DNA from: an uncultured Bacilli bacterium
GTDB taxonomy: Bacteria; Bacillota_I; Bacilli_A; RF39; UBA660
Reading direction: 5' to 3'
Length of the DNA: 64,000 nt
Assembly: GCA_934149245.1 (NCBI GenBank)
Contig: CAKPER010000001.1
Coordinates: 35,236 to 99,235, forward strand
Notes under the pieces: generated by a model
Told to the model about the DNA's origin: nothing
Seen by the model: the letters and a program-made list of their open reading frames with translations, nothing else
Database searches by the model: none
In this document: positions 36,501 to 46,920 of the stretch, one piece after another
Position numbering within the stretch: position 1 is the stretch's first letter
Layout of the letters: every line of letters starts with the position of its first letter
Made by a program: the position numbers and the translations under genes

Positions 36501-36558
36501 CTTATAATTATTGCTTTTTTAGTAGCTTACTTTTCTCTAGTTTAAAGATTATTTATTC

Positions 36559-37944
36559 TTACAATAAACTGGTCATATAAACTGGAAGATATAAAATATT
36601 ATCCTCTATACTTAAATCTTTTGTATGAATAATAATAGCTTTATCTAAATAATCTTTATACTTTTTTTCTAATTTTTTTAAGGAAGTAAATGTATATCTA
36701 GTTCCACTTTTTACCTCGATAGGAATAATATTATGCTTAGAAGTAATTTTATCTTTAGAAATTAGAAAATCAATTTCCATTGTTTCATCTTGATTATCTC
36801 TTTCGTTTCTTGAGAAAAAATATAATTTTTTATTACTACATACTAACATCTGTGCTACTATATTTTCTAAAATCATTCCTTCATTAAAAGATAATTTATC
36901 AAATAATATTTTTTTATAAATTTCTTCATTAACTATATTTTTTTCATTAAATGTCATTGATAGTAATAATCCAGTATCAACAAAATAACATTTTAAGGTA
37001 TTGCACTCCATTCTTTGCCCTAGCCCTATATTTGGTTCTGTTGTATTATAGGCTATATTAATTAAAAAAGCATCATTTAACCAATAAAAAGCACCTTCAT
37101 AGTTTCTATATCTTGTTTTTTCATCTAATGCTGACATGTTAAATTTTTTTTCATGTTTTTGTAATTGAGAAGGAATAGTATCAAAAATTTGTTCAACTTT
37201 TAAATTTAATTCATCAGAATGTTTTCTTATATCATCTCTATATAGATTAAGAATATTTCTTTTAATTTTATCTACTCGCTCAAAATCTCTATTTTTTCTA
37301 TATTCATTAACGGCTTGAGGCATTCCTCCTACTATTAAATATTCTTTAAAATAATCCATTGCTTTTCTATGTAACGATTGTCCTAATGGCATTTTTTTAT
37401 AATAGCAAGTGCGAATGTAATCCATTAGGGTATCATTGCCCATTGCTAATAGAAATTCTTCATAATCCATTGGATGCATCTGTATTTTTTCTTCTTCCGA
37501 TGGAATTAAAATATCCTTTACATTTTTCTTTATTGAAATAAGAGATCCTGTTTCGATATAATCATAACGATGGTCTTTTACTAAATGTTTGATAGCTCCC
37601 CTAGCTCTTGGACAAAATTGTATCTCATCAAAAATAAATAGTGAATTTCTTGCATATAACTTGGTGCCATAATATTCTGATAAATACATAAATAAATAAT
37701 CTAAGTTATCTAAATAATTATCAAATAATTTTTTTATATCGTTTGATACTTTAGAAAAATCAATTAATATATATGATTTATAATTATTTTTAGCAAATTC
37801 TTCGGCAATATAACTTTTTCCAACACGTCTTGCTCCCTCAATTAATAAGGCTGTATTACCATTACTTTCTTGTTTCCATTTTAGTAATTCGTTATATATT
37901 TTTCTCTTCATAATAATCCACCTTTCTTTTCCTGATTTTAACAT
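36559..37944 (-). CDS. AAA-family ATPase with C-terminal DUF4143 (COG1373-type)
   Basis: 461 aa; Walker A GARRVGKSY; Walker B-like LFIFDEIQ; a ~440-450-aa architecture typical of the widespread ATPase+DUF4143 family. Confidence 0.65.
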   Translation of the reverse strand: MLKSGKERWIIMKRKIYNELLKWKQESNGNTALLIEGARRVGKSYIAEEFAKNNYKSYILIDFSKVSNDIKKLFDNYLDNLDYLFMYLSEYYGTKLYARNSLFIFDEIQFCPRARGAIKHLVKDHRYDYIETGSLISIKKNVKDILIPSEEEKIQMHPMDYEEFLLAMGNDTLMDYIRTCYYKKMPLGQSLHRKAMDYFKEYLIVGGMPQAVNEYRKNRDFERVDKIKRNILNLYRDDIRKHSDELNLKVEQIFDTIPSQLQKHEKKFNMSALDEKTRYRNYEGAFYWLNDAFLINIAYNTTEPNIGLGQRMECNTLKCYFVDTGLLLSMTFNEKNIVNEEIYKKILFDKLSFNEGMILENIVAQMLVCSNKKLYFFSRNERDNQDETMEIDFLISKDKITSKHNIIPIEVKSGTRYTFTSLKKLEKKYKDYLDKAIIIHTKDLSIEDNILYLPVYMTSLL

Positions 37945-37971
37945 ATTATTATGTTTTTTTCAAGCAAGTTG

Positions 37972-38053
37972 CACAAAATCGAAAATAACAAAGTGATAAG
38001 TTAACACAAAATCAAAAATAGCAAAACGGCTATTTAGCACAAAATCAAAAATA
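37972..38053. repeat. Three direct repeats CACAAAATC(G/A)AAAATA spaced exactly 33 bp apart (candidate regulator binding array)
   Basis: Copies at 37972-37987, 38005-38020 and 38038-38053, in the promoter region of the DUF4143 ATPase gene and downstream of the ASST-like gene. The 33-bp phasing (about 3 helical turns) puts the sites on one DNA face. Confidence 0.45.
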
Positions 38054-38061
38054 ATTGTTAT

Positions 38062-39768
38062 CTATGTGTTAGATTTGAAGTAATAATTGACAAAATCATA
38101 TTTAAATACTCTATAGATATAGATACTACTTTCACATTTAAATTTATATTTTCTAATAGTATCACCGTTACTATCTCGTTCAGTGAAGATGCATTTTGAT
38201 GCAGAATCAATTATTATATTATTTTTATATTCTTGGCTACTACTCATATAAGCTGACCAAGGAACTTTAAAGCTATCAACTAATTCAAATGTTTTATTTT
38301 TCTCATCAACTTTATACTTATAATAATATGATACGCCTTTATCAGTAGGACTACTGTATTTTAGACCAATACTTTTAAAATCCACTTGTGGCATAGTTAG
38401 GCTTGTTCCTAAATTATTATTAAACATAGTTAAGTAATAAACAGATTCATCATCAGTTTTGGTATACGTTACTGTATGTTGGCCTCCTGATATTGTAAAA
38501 TCACCTTTTTTCTGGTATAAATATTTCTTTTCTTTAAAATTTTTCCATATAGTTTCATCACCTAAAATGTATTCTATTTTGGGAGATGTAAATATATTTT
38601 TTATTTTTATGATTGAAGATGTTTCTCTAGAACTAATTATTACAGTATCATTTTCTAGATAGTTAATTGTATTAATGTGCATCCAGTCAATTCCTTTAGA
38701 TTCTACTTGTTCAGGAATTTCGTCTTCATTATAGTAAGCTTTTTCTAAAACATCTTTGAAAACAGATTCTAAATAAAAGCTATCTGTTATTTTTCCAGTT
38801 TTAAGATTTAATTTAATGATACTATCTTCACATGATTTTTTGGTTGTATCGCTTGTTAAAATAAGAAGATTTTCTTCTTTTTCATCAAAAGCATAATCAT
38901 GATGTAATTTATATTTTCCTAAATAATATTTATTTATAACCTGTCCTAATCTATTAACACTTACTAATATTTTTTCAGAAATATTAAAATACATGTTATT
39001 GTTATTAAATAGTAATCTTAAACCACGGTATCCAATAATAGGTATTTCGTTTCTAACAATACCATCATTATCAACTAAGTGAATATAATCATTGTCTTCT
39101 CTAGAATCTCCTAAGATAGCAAATAAGCCATCTGTTACTTCATCATCTTTTGTGGATGTAACTTTTAATTTGTTAGGTGTATCTATACTATAACGAGAAA
39201 AATCTAGAGTGTAATTATATTCTTTTTTATCACCATCTTTACTAGTTAAGGTTAATGTCAAAAGGTTCTTTTTCCCCATTACAAAACCAATTAGTTGATA
39301 GCTATGATTTTTAGAATATTCGCTATCTTTACCGTTATTTGGTGTTTTTGTAAAGTCACTGTAACCCTTAACTTTTATTTTATAGTCTAATTTATAGTAA
39401 TCGTTAGTTTTAAAATAGATATTAACAGCATTATTATTAGTTCCGTATGGGTTATATACCATCAACAAATCATCAATATCTGAATTATACTCTGGTAGAC
39501 TAGTTATTTTTTCGTTTATTACTTTTTGATATAACATATTGTATATATTTATATTTTCATTTTTTTCTACTACATAAATATTTTTATTAATGCTACTTTC
39601 TTTTATTAATTTTACATTAGAGTTTATCCAAGATTTATTTTTTAGATTTTTCTCTAAGTTTTTACTATATAATGTTTTTAAGATAATATATAGTATTGCT
39701 ACTAAAAGAAATATTACAATCATTAGTAAAAATATTTTCATATAAATTACTAGTTTTTTCATAATCAC
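38062..39768 (-). CDS. Membrane-anchored beta-propeller-like protein, possibly arylsulfotransferase (ASST) family
   Basis: 568 aa; N-terminal TM (IFLLMIVIFLLVAILYIIL); His-rich motifs LHHDYAFDE, DWMHINTINY, GGQHTVTY reminiscent of ASST-family proteins. Assignment is from memory of the family only. Confidence 0.35.
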   Translation of the reverse strand: MIMKKLVIYMKIFLLMIVIFLLVAILYIILKTLYSKNLEKNLKNKSWINSNVKLIKESSINKNIYVVEKNENINIYNMLYQKVINEKITSLPEYNSDIDDLLMVYNPYGTNNNAVNIYFKTNDYYKLDYKIKVKGYSDFTKTPNNGKDSEYSKNHSYQLIGFVMGKKNLLTLTLTSKDGDKKEYNYTLDFSRYSIDTPNKLKVTSTKDDEVTDGLFAILGDSREDNDYIHLVDNDGIVRNEIPIIGYRGLRLLFNNNNMYFNISEKILVSVNRLGQVINKYYLGKYKLHHDYAFDEKEENLLILTSDTTKKSCEDSIIKLNLKTGKITDSFYLESVFKDVLEKAYYNEDEIPEQVESKGIDWMHINTINYLENDTVIISSRETSSIIKIKNIFTSPKIEYILGDETIWKNFKEKKYLYQKKGDFTISGGQHTVTYTKTDDESVYYLTMFNNNLGTSLTMPQVDFKSIGLKYSSPTDKGVSYYYKYKVDEKNKTFELVDSFKVPWSAYMSSSQEYKNNIIIDSASKCIFTERDSNGDTIRKYKFKCESSIYIYRVFKYDFVNYYFKSNT

Positions 39769-39881
39769 TCTCCTCTATGATCATTTTAGCAGTAAAATAT
39801 GGAATTTAAGTAGAAAAAATACGGTAAATTATGATATTTTTCTCGTAATTTTTTATTTTAAATATAATTTTAATGTAAATA

Positions 39882-41030
39882 TTACTTTTTTCTGGGCGAG
39901 AAGACTTGCTCTTCTTCGTCATCTTCAGAAAAATCCCATTCAGATAGATTTTCCCAATCAAGTTCATCATCATCACTATCATTTAAGTTATTGTCTATAA
40001 ATACAGCATTTTTTTCCTCTTCTTCTTTAGCAACTTGTTCATCAGTTTTCAATAGTGGAATAGCTGAGGCTATAATATTCAAGTTAGTTGATAGTTGTTT
40101 TAATAAATGTCTGTAAACGTCTTCAGTTAGACTTTCACTAGAATTATCTTTTATTGAATTAAATAATGCTGTTAGGTTTTCTATATAGTATGGAACTTCT
40201 CTCGGGGTTATTCTGATACTATCTTCACTAGTTGGATATTCTTTTAAATTATCAGATGATTCTTCAAAGCTTTTCTCGAATTCTATTACATATTTAGCAA
40301 ATTTATCATTATTCATATCTTTAATTTCTCTAAACAATTCACTATCTTTAACATACCATTCATAATTGTGATGTCTGTTATATTTTGGATTTAGAACTAT
40401 TTTTTTATTATTAACATCTATATATCCTACAATGAAATCAGGATCAATCCTATAACTATAATCTTGTCCACCACAAAAACTTGAATTAGTTATTTGGAAA
40501 TGGTTCCATAAGCCTTCTTTATAGTAACATTCATAAGGAATAGCTACTATAACTAAGCCTTTGTAATTTCTATGTTGCCAGTTTAATAAAGTTGTATAAT
40601 CACTATAATGTATATCGTGTTGTCCATAAGCCATAGTTTGACTTAGGGCTGTTGAATTTAAGGTTGGATTTTTATATTTTAGTCCTGTTTTACATATTTC
40701 AGAGCAAGTACTAACTGATGTTCCATGTAATGCTACTATGGTTTGTTCTTTATCTAATTTTGTTAGTAGATTATCAAAAGTATTGATAAAAGTACTTCCA
40801 AAATATTCTCTAGCTTCTTCCTCGGTTTCATGGCGCTCTAATGAAACTTTTTCTTTTTTTATAGTTATATTATCTAAGAAATAATTTACCTTATCTATTA
40901 AATGGCCTACTTTTTCTTTAGTACAATTTGCACTATTGTAATAATTTTCATTTTTAATGAATTTAACAATATTTTCTACATCTTTTTTATTATAATAATA
41001 TTTATTTTGTATACTTTCATACTTTATCAT
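39882..41030 (-). CDS. Hypothetical protein with an HGT(x7)I-K-GL motif (KptA/Tpt1-like or H-Y-E ADP-ribosyltransferase-like fold?) and an acidic C-terminal tail
   Basis: 382 aa; IVALHGTSVSTCSEICKTGLKY parallels the KptA LYHGTATRFLPAILREGLKP motif; the C-terminus is poly-acidic (DSDDDELDWENLSEWDFSEDDEEE). Paralogous to 41064..41894 over the HGT region. Confidence 0.3.
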   Translation of the reverse strand: MIKYESIQNKYYYNKKDVENIVKFIKNENYYNSANCTKEKVGHLIDKVNYFLDNITIKKEKVSLERHETEEEAREYFGSTFINTFDNLLTKLDKEQTIVALHGTSVSTCSEICKTGLKYKNPTLNSTALSQTMAYGQHDIHYSDYTTLLNWQHRNYKGLVIVAIPYECYYKEGLWNHFQITNSSFCGGQDYSYRIDPDFIVGYIDVNNKKIVLNPKYNRHHNYEWYVKDSELFREIKDMNNDKFAKYVIEFEKSFEESSDNLKEYPTSEDSIRITPREVPYYIENLTALFNSIKDNSSESLTEDVYRHLLKQLSTNLNIIASAIPLLKTDEQVAKEEEEKNAVFIDNNLNDSDDDELDWENLSEWDFSEDDEEEQVFSPRKK

Positions 41031-41063
41031 TTTTAAAGCTCCTTATTTAACTAAATGTTTTTA

Positions 41064-41894
41064 TTATAAAATTACTTTTCCATCTAAATTACATATATAA
41101 CAATTTGGTAATAATTCTTTTATTTTTTCTAAGATTTTATTGTTTTTTTCGTAGGTTCTACCTACTAATATTCCTTCTATAAAGTTTGATGGGATACCAA
41201 ATAAAATGGCACTTTCTCTATCTGTAAAAAAATCATCTTTATTTTTTCTGTCAATAATAAATTGCTCGTAATAATGGTTATTTACAAATGGTTGGACATC
41301 TTTATCGTTAATATTATTAGTCTCTAAAATGTCGCCTGCTAAAAGGTTACTCTTAGATACAAGACTACTATTAAAAATAATTCCTATTTGAACTTTTTTT
41401 TGAACTAAACTTGGCATAAAGCGTGCTTCTTTAGTTTGTTGCATATTCCATACCAAATAATCTTTCTCAATAAATTTACCCATAAAATTAGGTATATCAC
41501 TATAACTAATTACTTCTGTTTCTTTATTACTATCTAAATGGTTAAAATATTCAATTGTTCCACCTGAATAAAAATTTATGTAATCTTTTAATTTATAATC
41601 TTGTTTTAAATTCCATACACCAACTGAACTTGGATACTTTGTGCCTCGACCGTCTATAAACCAACTTGATACTAAGCCATTTTTGACTATTTCTTCTAGG
41701 CCTTCTATATTTTTATAGGTTCCATGTAATAATGTTCCTTTTTTTAAATAAACATCATCACCAATTTTGTAGTTACACTTTGGTACTGGTAATTCTTGTG
41801 CTTTAAAATAATTATTGATTTGTTTTAAAATTATTTCTTTTGAACTTCCCTTTAACTTAGAATTTACTAATTTTATATATTCTTCTTTGTTCAT
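41064..41894 (-). CDS. Hypothetical protein, paralogous HGT(x9)IVKNGL motif (KptA/ART-like?)
   Basis: 276 aa; GTLLHGTYKNIEGLEEIVKNGLVSSW has the same motif spacing as the neighbouring gene and as KptA/Tpt1 HGT...I..EGL. No N-terminal RH motif of bona fide Tpt1. Confidence 0.3.
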   Translation of the reverse strand: MNKEEYIKLVNSKLKGSSKEIILKQINNYFKAQELPVPKCNYKIGDDVYLKKGTLLHGTYKNIEGLEEIVKNGLVSSWFIDGRGTKYPSSVGVWNLKQDYKLKDYINFYSGGTIEYFNHLDSNKETEVISYSDIPNFMGKFIEKDYLVWNMQQTKEARFMPSLVQKKVQIGIIFNSSLVSKSNLLAGDILETNNINDKDVQPFVNNHYYEQFIIDRKNKDDFFTDRESAILFGIPSNFIEGILVGRTYEKNNKILEKIKELLPNCYICNLDGKVIL

Positions 41895-42083
41895 AACAAT
41901 ACCTCTTTCTTACTGTAGTTAATATGATTATATCATAAGATTTGTATTTTATAAAAAAACTAGAGGAATTTAACTCTAATTTTTAGTTCTCCTTAATATA
42001 GAAGTAGGAATTTATTTAATATAAGTATATTATTTTTTATTTATTTAATTAGAAAAAGTACTTAATGTTACTTAAGTACTATA

Positions 42084-42695
42084 TTAGATGTTCATAATAA
42101 TTACAAACATTCTTAATATTTGGGTTAATGTAATTATAAATGCTAGTGTTGAACATTTATTAAAGGTATTTAAAATACTTTTAAGTTTATTATCGTGACA
42201 GTCAACTTTTTGGATTGCTTCTATTGTTACATTGTTCATAATATATTGATAAATTAATATTATTGCTAGAAAAATAGTATATATTTTTGCATCCATAGCA
42301 TTATTTACTAAAATGCTTAAAGTTACAACAATTACTGGCATTAATGATATTACTTTTAACTCGTTAAATACATATGATAGATAAGCTAAGGCTTTATTTT
42401 TAGTAAGTTCGTAGCCAGATAATAAAGATGCTACGGCATTACTAAAGTATGAACTACTATCATAAGTGTTATTTGATAGTTTAACTATTTTTCGTTTGAT
42501 GTTATATTTACTGAAGAATTGGGAATTGTTTTTTATGACATTAATATTTGGATTTTCTTTTAAAAGATCTATAACTGTTTCTTGAGCTGTTTTGCTATAC
42601 TTCTGATTGTTATTATTTATGTATGTAATAAAAAACATTAAATACAGTATTATACCTAAAATTATACCTACTCCTAAAAATACTTGTTCTAACAT
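42084..42695 (-). CDS. Hypothetical polytopic membrane protein
   Basis: 203 aa; about 4 predicted TM helices; no catalytic motif recognised. Confidence 0.3.
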   Translation of the reverse strand: MLEQVFLGVGIILGIILYLMFFITYINNNNQKYSKTAQETVIDLLKENPNINVIKNNSQFFSKYNIKRKIVKLSNNTYDSSSYFSNAVASLLSGYELTKNKALAYLSYVFNELKVISLMPVIVVTLSILVNNAMDAKIYTIFLAIILIYQYIMNNVTIEAIQKVDCHDNKLKSILNTFNKCSTLAFIITLTQILRMFVIIMNI

Positions 42696-42708
42696 TTTTA
42701 CACCCCAC

Positions 42709-43560
42709 TTATAACATTTTATATGGTTTTACATAAGTATCATCTTTTTTTTGATAGATGGCTAATAATTCATTGTTTTGATTTATAATCATTGCTTTAT
42801 CTTCTTCGAAAAATTTAGTTAATACTTGACCATTTTTTACTTTAAATTCTAAATTTTTATCTACTATAACTTTGGGTAGTTTTAAGACATCTTTAGCATC
42901 TAAAATTTTATAATTATTATTTTCTATATCTTCTAAGGTATATGCATCTTCTATATTAAAAATTCCTTGTTTTGTTCTTCTTAAATCGCTCATAGTAGCA
43001 TAAGTACCTAAGCTTACTCCTATATCTCTGATTAGACTTCTTATATATGTTCCTTTACTTACTGTACATTTAAAAGTAAAGGTATTGTTATTTATCTCGG
43101 ATAATGGTTCTATATTAAATATTTCTACTTCTCTTTTTGGTAATACTACTTCTTCACCTTTTCTAGCATATTCATATAGTTTTTTACCATTTACTTTAAC
43201 ACTTGAATATTTAGGAACTTCTTGAATTATTTTGCCGTTATATTTTTTTAGTACTGTTTCTATATCTTTAGTAGTAATTTTTTTGTGGTTAAAATCTCTT
43301 TTAACTATATTTCCTGTTATATCTAATGTGTCTGTTTCTATTCCAAAGGTCATAGTTGCTATATATTCTTTTTTAGTACTTACTAGTAGTTCAGATAATT
43401 TTAATGTTTTTCCGATACATAAAACTAATAGTCCAGTTGCAAGAGGATCTAGTGTTCCGGTATGACCTACTTTTTTTGTTTGTAATTTTTTACTAACAAT
43501 ATTGACTATATCTCTACTTGTATAATCTTTAGGTTTATCTATTAATATTATACCATTCAT
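42709..43560 (-). CDS. truB: tRNA pseudouridine(55) synthase TruB
   Basis: 283 aa; MNGIILIDKPKDYTSRD and catalytic-Asp motif GHTGTLDPLATGLLVLCIG. Confidence 0.9.
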   Translation of the reverse strand: MNGIILIDKPKDYTSRDIVNIVSKKLQTKKVGHTGTLDPLATGLLVLCIGKTLKLSELLVSTKKEYIATMTFGIETDTLDITGNIVKRDFNHKKITTKDIETVLKKYNGKIIQEVPKYSSVKVNGKKLYEYARKGEEVVLPKREVEIFNIEPLSEINNNTFTFKCTVSKGTYIRSLIRDIGVSLGTYATMSDLRRTKQGIFNIEDAYTLEDIENNNYKILDAKDVLKLPKVIVDKNLEFKVKNGQVLTKFFEEDKAMIINQNNELLAIYQKKDDTYVKPYKML

Positions 43561-44516
43561 AATCTTTTAGATGTTTCCTTTATTAATCTTTTCATTGCCT
43601 CTTCTAGAGGACCTTTTATGCTACATCCCGCTGCTTTGCTATGTCCTCCTCCATCAAATGATTTAGCTATTTTGGCAACATCAATATCATTAACACTTCT
43701 AAAAGATACTTTATAAGTATTATTTATATCTTCTCTTAAAAAAATCGATACTTCTACTCCTTCAACATTACGACCAACATTTACAATTCCTTCGTGATCG
43801 CCTGTTTTAGCACCTGTTTTTTTGATATCTTTTCTAGTTATATATGTTATAGCAATTCTACTTTTATCAACAAATTTTAATCTTGAGGTAGCAATCGAAG
43901 TTAATTCAAATTGAGCTTTTGTTTGCACATCAAAGGTTGTTAGATAAATTTTACTAATATTTACTCCTACATCTAACATCTGAGCTGCAAATTCAAAAGT
44001 CTCATCATCTACGGTTTCATACCTAAAACCACCAGAATCTGTAATAATTCCTGTTATTAAGGCTTCACCGATTTCTTTAGTTATTGTTATTTCTAATCTT
44101 TTAAGAACTTTTATTAATGTTTTACAAGCGGCAGGGCTGTTAGATTCTACGTAATTAACACTAGCAAAATATGTATTGCTTGCATGATGATCAATAGAGA
44201 TTGTTGTTTTAGCTTCATCAAAAGAATTGTTAGGATCATATAATCTTCTTTTATTGGCACAGTCCAAAGCTATACAAACATCATAATCTTTAGTTCCTTC
44301 ATCTTTTATTTCGTCTAAATGTTTTAAAAATTTAAAACTATCAGAATATTTTCCAGTGATGATGTCAACATCTTTTTTTAATTGTTTAAGTCCTAGGTAA
44401 AGAGCTAAAGTACTACCAATGGCATCACCATCTGGTGATTCGTGAGCAAATATTCCTATTTTTTTGGCTTTACTTATGATATCTACTACTTTGTCTAATT
44501 CTATTTCGCTATTCAT
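43557..44516 (-). CDS. nrnA: DHH-family phosphoesterase (NrnA-type bifunctional oligoribonuclease / pAp phosphatase)
   Basis: 319 aa; DHH motifs (HESPDGDAIGS, DHH in SIDHHASN) and DHHA1 GGGH (FDGGGHSKAAG). Confidence 0.8.
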   Translation of the reverse strand: MNSEIELDKVVDIISKAKKIGIFAHESPDGDAIGSTLALYLGLKQLKKDVDIITGKYSDSFKFLKHLDEIKDEGTKDYDVCIALDCANKRRLYDPNNSFDEAKTTISIDHHASNTYFASVNYVESNSPAACKTLIKVLKRLEITITKEIGEALITGIITDSGGFRYETVDDETFEFAAQMLDVGVNISKIYLTTFDVQTKAQFELTSIATSRLKFVDKSRIAITYITRKDIKKTGAKTGDHEGIVNVGRNVEGVEVSIFLREDINNTYKVSFRSVNDIDVAKIAKSFDGGGHSKAAGCSIKGPLEEAMKRLIKETSKRL

Positions 44517-44859
44517 TATTATTTAGTCTTTCTATTATATTTTCTATGTTATTGCTGTATTCAATAGATTCATCATAAACAAACTTTAACTCTGGCATTT
44601 TTCTTATATCAACTCTTTTAGATAATTCCATCTCAATAAATCCCCTAGCTTTATTAAGTGCTTTTATAGCATTATCCCTTTCTTCATCTTTTAATACTGT
44701 TACATAAACCTTAGCATGTGATAAATCGTTAGTAATGCTAACATCTGTTACTGTAACAAAATCTATGCGTTCATCTTTTACTTCCTCTTTTATTATATTG
44801 CTTATTTCAATTGCAAATTTGTGATTTAAACGTTCTATTTTAACACTCATAGTTTTCAC
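44509..44859 (-). CDS. rbfA: Ribosome-binding factor A
   Basis: 116 aa; RLNHKFAIEISNIIKEEVKDERIDFVTVTDVSITNDLSHAKVYV fits the RbfA KH-like fold consensus; adjacent to truB. Confidence 0.85.
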   Translation of the reverse strand: MKTMSVKIERLNHKFAIEISNIIKEEVKDERIDFVTVTDVSITNDLSHAKVYVTVLKDEERDNAIKALNKARGFIEMELSKRVDIRKMPELKFVYDESIEYSNNIENIIERLNNNE

Positions 44860-44909
44860 TTCACTTTCTAATTGTTATTATACTAGAAAATAAAGTAAAA
44901 AGCAAATTT

Positions 44910-45977
44910 TTAAGGACATTTATCTTTTATGTAAAAGCCACTTAAAACTATTCCTAATATTAAAATATAGAGTATTTTTGTTAAAGAGAACGATAAGATT
45001 ATAAATACTAGCATTAGGATAGTTTTTGTTGTAAAAAATATTATTTCTTCTGCTATAAGATATGATGTTATATTTTTAGTGTTTGGAGTATATAGTTTTG
45101 TAATGCTATATTTTTCGTATAATTTTACAGCTATTCCTTCTAAAAATGCTATTAAAAGAAGAGTTTTACTGTTAGTGATATTTAGTTTTAAGATAAGTAT
45201 TATGCCTAGAAAAATTGTTACTAGTTTAAAATGTTTTAAAGCCATTTTTTTTGAAATGAATAACATAATTATTAAACTAGAAGCATTTATGATAATGTTA
45301 AATATTCCTATATAAGAAAAAGCTGATTTTACGTTAATATAAATATATAATGGTTGTAGTTCTAGAAAAAGAACTTTAGATTGCTCTAAAATATTAAAAA
45401 TTATTTTTCTTTTAGGTATATTCAAGTCTTTTAAACTAACTTTTTCTTTAGGGCTATTTTTTAGAGTTAAAACGGGAAATAAGCAGATAATAGAAGAGAT
45501 AAAAATTATTATACTGGTTAGGGAAATATTTAATTTTTTTATGAACAAAACTCCTAATATATTAGAAATAATTGTTGCAATATATATTAAGACTAAAAAA
45601 AGAGTTATGTTTTTATTAGTTGGTTTATCTTGAGTATAAAGAGCTAATTTGTGTCTTATGGCATGATATGAATAACTGCTTAGAGAAAGAATTATTGCTA
45701 AAATAATTAAATTTATGGTTGTTTTTGACATAAATGATAGAAAAAGGTAACTTAGGCCGTAAGTAATATTAGATACTATAAGAATAAATTTATAATTGAT
45801 TATTAAACTAACTGTATTTACAATGATACCTACAAAATACATAATTAAAAGAAATAGAAAGATATCTGAGATTTTATAACCTTTGTTATAAAGAATTATT
45901 ACAGAAAATACTTCTACTAGACTTCTAGTTAATGTTGATAAAAAAAGAAATAGGTTATAATTTTTTGAATTAGCCAT
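44910..45977 (-). CDS. Hypothetical polytopic membrane protein (about 10 TM)
   Basis: 355 aa, very hydrophobic; occupies the slot where infB/ylxP usually precede rbfA. Confidence 0.3.
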   Translation of the reverse strand: MANSKNYNLFLFLSTLTRSLVEVFSVIILYNKGYKISDIFLFLLIMYFVGIIVNTVSLIINYKFILIVSNITYGLSYLFLSFMSKTTINLIILAIILSLSSYSYHAIRHKLALYTQDKPTNKNITLFLVLIYIATIISNILGVLFIKKLNISLTSIIIFISSIICLFPVLTLKNSPKEKVSLKDLNIPKRKIIFNILEQSKVLFLELQPLYIYINVKSAFSYIGIFNIIINASSLIIMLFISKKMALKHFKLVTIFLGIILILKLNITNSKTLLLIAFLEGIAVKLYEKYSITKLYTPNTKNITSYLIAEEIIFFTTKTILMLVFIILSFSLTKILYILILGIVLSGFYIKDKCP

Positions 45978-46029
45978 TATATCACCATTATTAATATTGA
46001 CTAATTGAAATTATTTATAACCTATTAAT

Positions 46030-46920
46030 TTATCGTCTTTTAGGAGTCATATTAGTGAATTTTTGAATTGTAGTATCAGGAGAATCACTTCTTAAGATAC
46101 TATCTATCATCTTTTCTCTGTCATATTTAACTAAAACTTCTTCAAGTTCGTAATTATTAGCTGCTTTGTTTTCTTTTAGAATGACATAAGAAGCACTATC
46201 TATCGGATCTTTTCCGTAAGCCATTCCAACTGCTCTAATTGAATAAAAGTTAGTATTGTTAGTTGGTTCATATATTTTCCAGTGTACATGTCCCTGAATT
46301 ACCGCATCATAAAAATCAACTTTTTTTCCTGCAAATAGAGGATCTTTCATAGCAGATAAATAGCCTCGCATAACGGCACTATCTTTACCATAACGTTCTA
46401 CAATCATTTTCATTCTTTTTAATTGTTCTGTGCTGTTAGTATAAAGAAATTGTTTATAAGCTTCTTCACCATACTCTATGTTGTCTTGATAAGACCAAGT
46501 GCTGTTTTCATTATAATCGAAGCGAACATCATTAGCAAAATGACATAATGATACTTTTTTACCAGCAATTAAAAGTTCTACAAAATGAGGATATAAAGAA
46601 ATTGTGGCAATTTGATGTTCATTTAATTTAGAAGCTGTCCATAGTTGGCTTTTTGTTTTTAGGGTGTCAAAATAAGATTTAAAAGGCTCTATTCCTAAAG
46701 TTACATATTCTTCTGAATTGCCAGCTATAGATTTTACATTATATTCCTCTAATAAATCCATAACTTCACTTGGATTAGGACCGACACCAATGTTATCTCC
46801 TAAGGAATATATTTCAGTAATTCCTTTTTTGGTCATATCTTCTAAAGCAGCTTTAGTTGGCTCTAATAGTCCGTGGGCATCGGTAAAAATGCCGATTTTT
46901 CTTTCAATATTTGTACTCAT
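46030..46920 (-). CDS. Calcineurin-like metallophosphoesterase
   Basis: 296 aa; metal-binding motifs DAHG, GDNIGVGP, GNSEEY, GHVHW. Confidence 0.7.
   Translation of the reverse strand: MSTNIERKIGIFTDAHGLLEPTKAALEDMTKKGITEIYSLGDNIGVGPNPSEVMDLLEEYNVKSIAGNSEEYVTLGIEPFKSYFDTLKTKSQLWTASKLNEHQIATISLYPHFVELLIAGKKVSLCHFANDVRFDYNENSTWSYQDNIEYGEEAYKQFLYTNSTEQLKRMKMIVERYGKDSAVMRGYLSAMKDPLFAGKKVDFYDAVIQGHVHWKIYEPTNNTNFYSIRAVGMAYGKDPIDSASYVILKENKAANNYELEEVLVKYDREKMIDSILRSDSPDTTIQKFTNMTPKRR

Noticed and set aside
44910-45977. Calling the 355-aa membrane protein an O-antigen ligase/EpsG-like polymerase
   Set aside because: Only hydrophobicity supports it; no diagnostic motifs. It is left as a hypothetical membrane protein.
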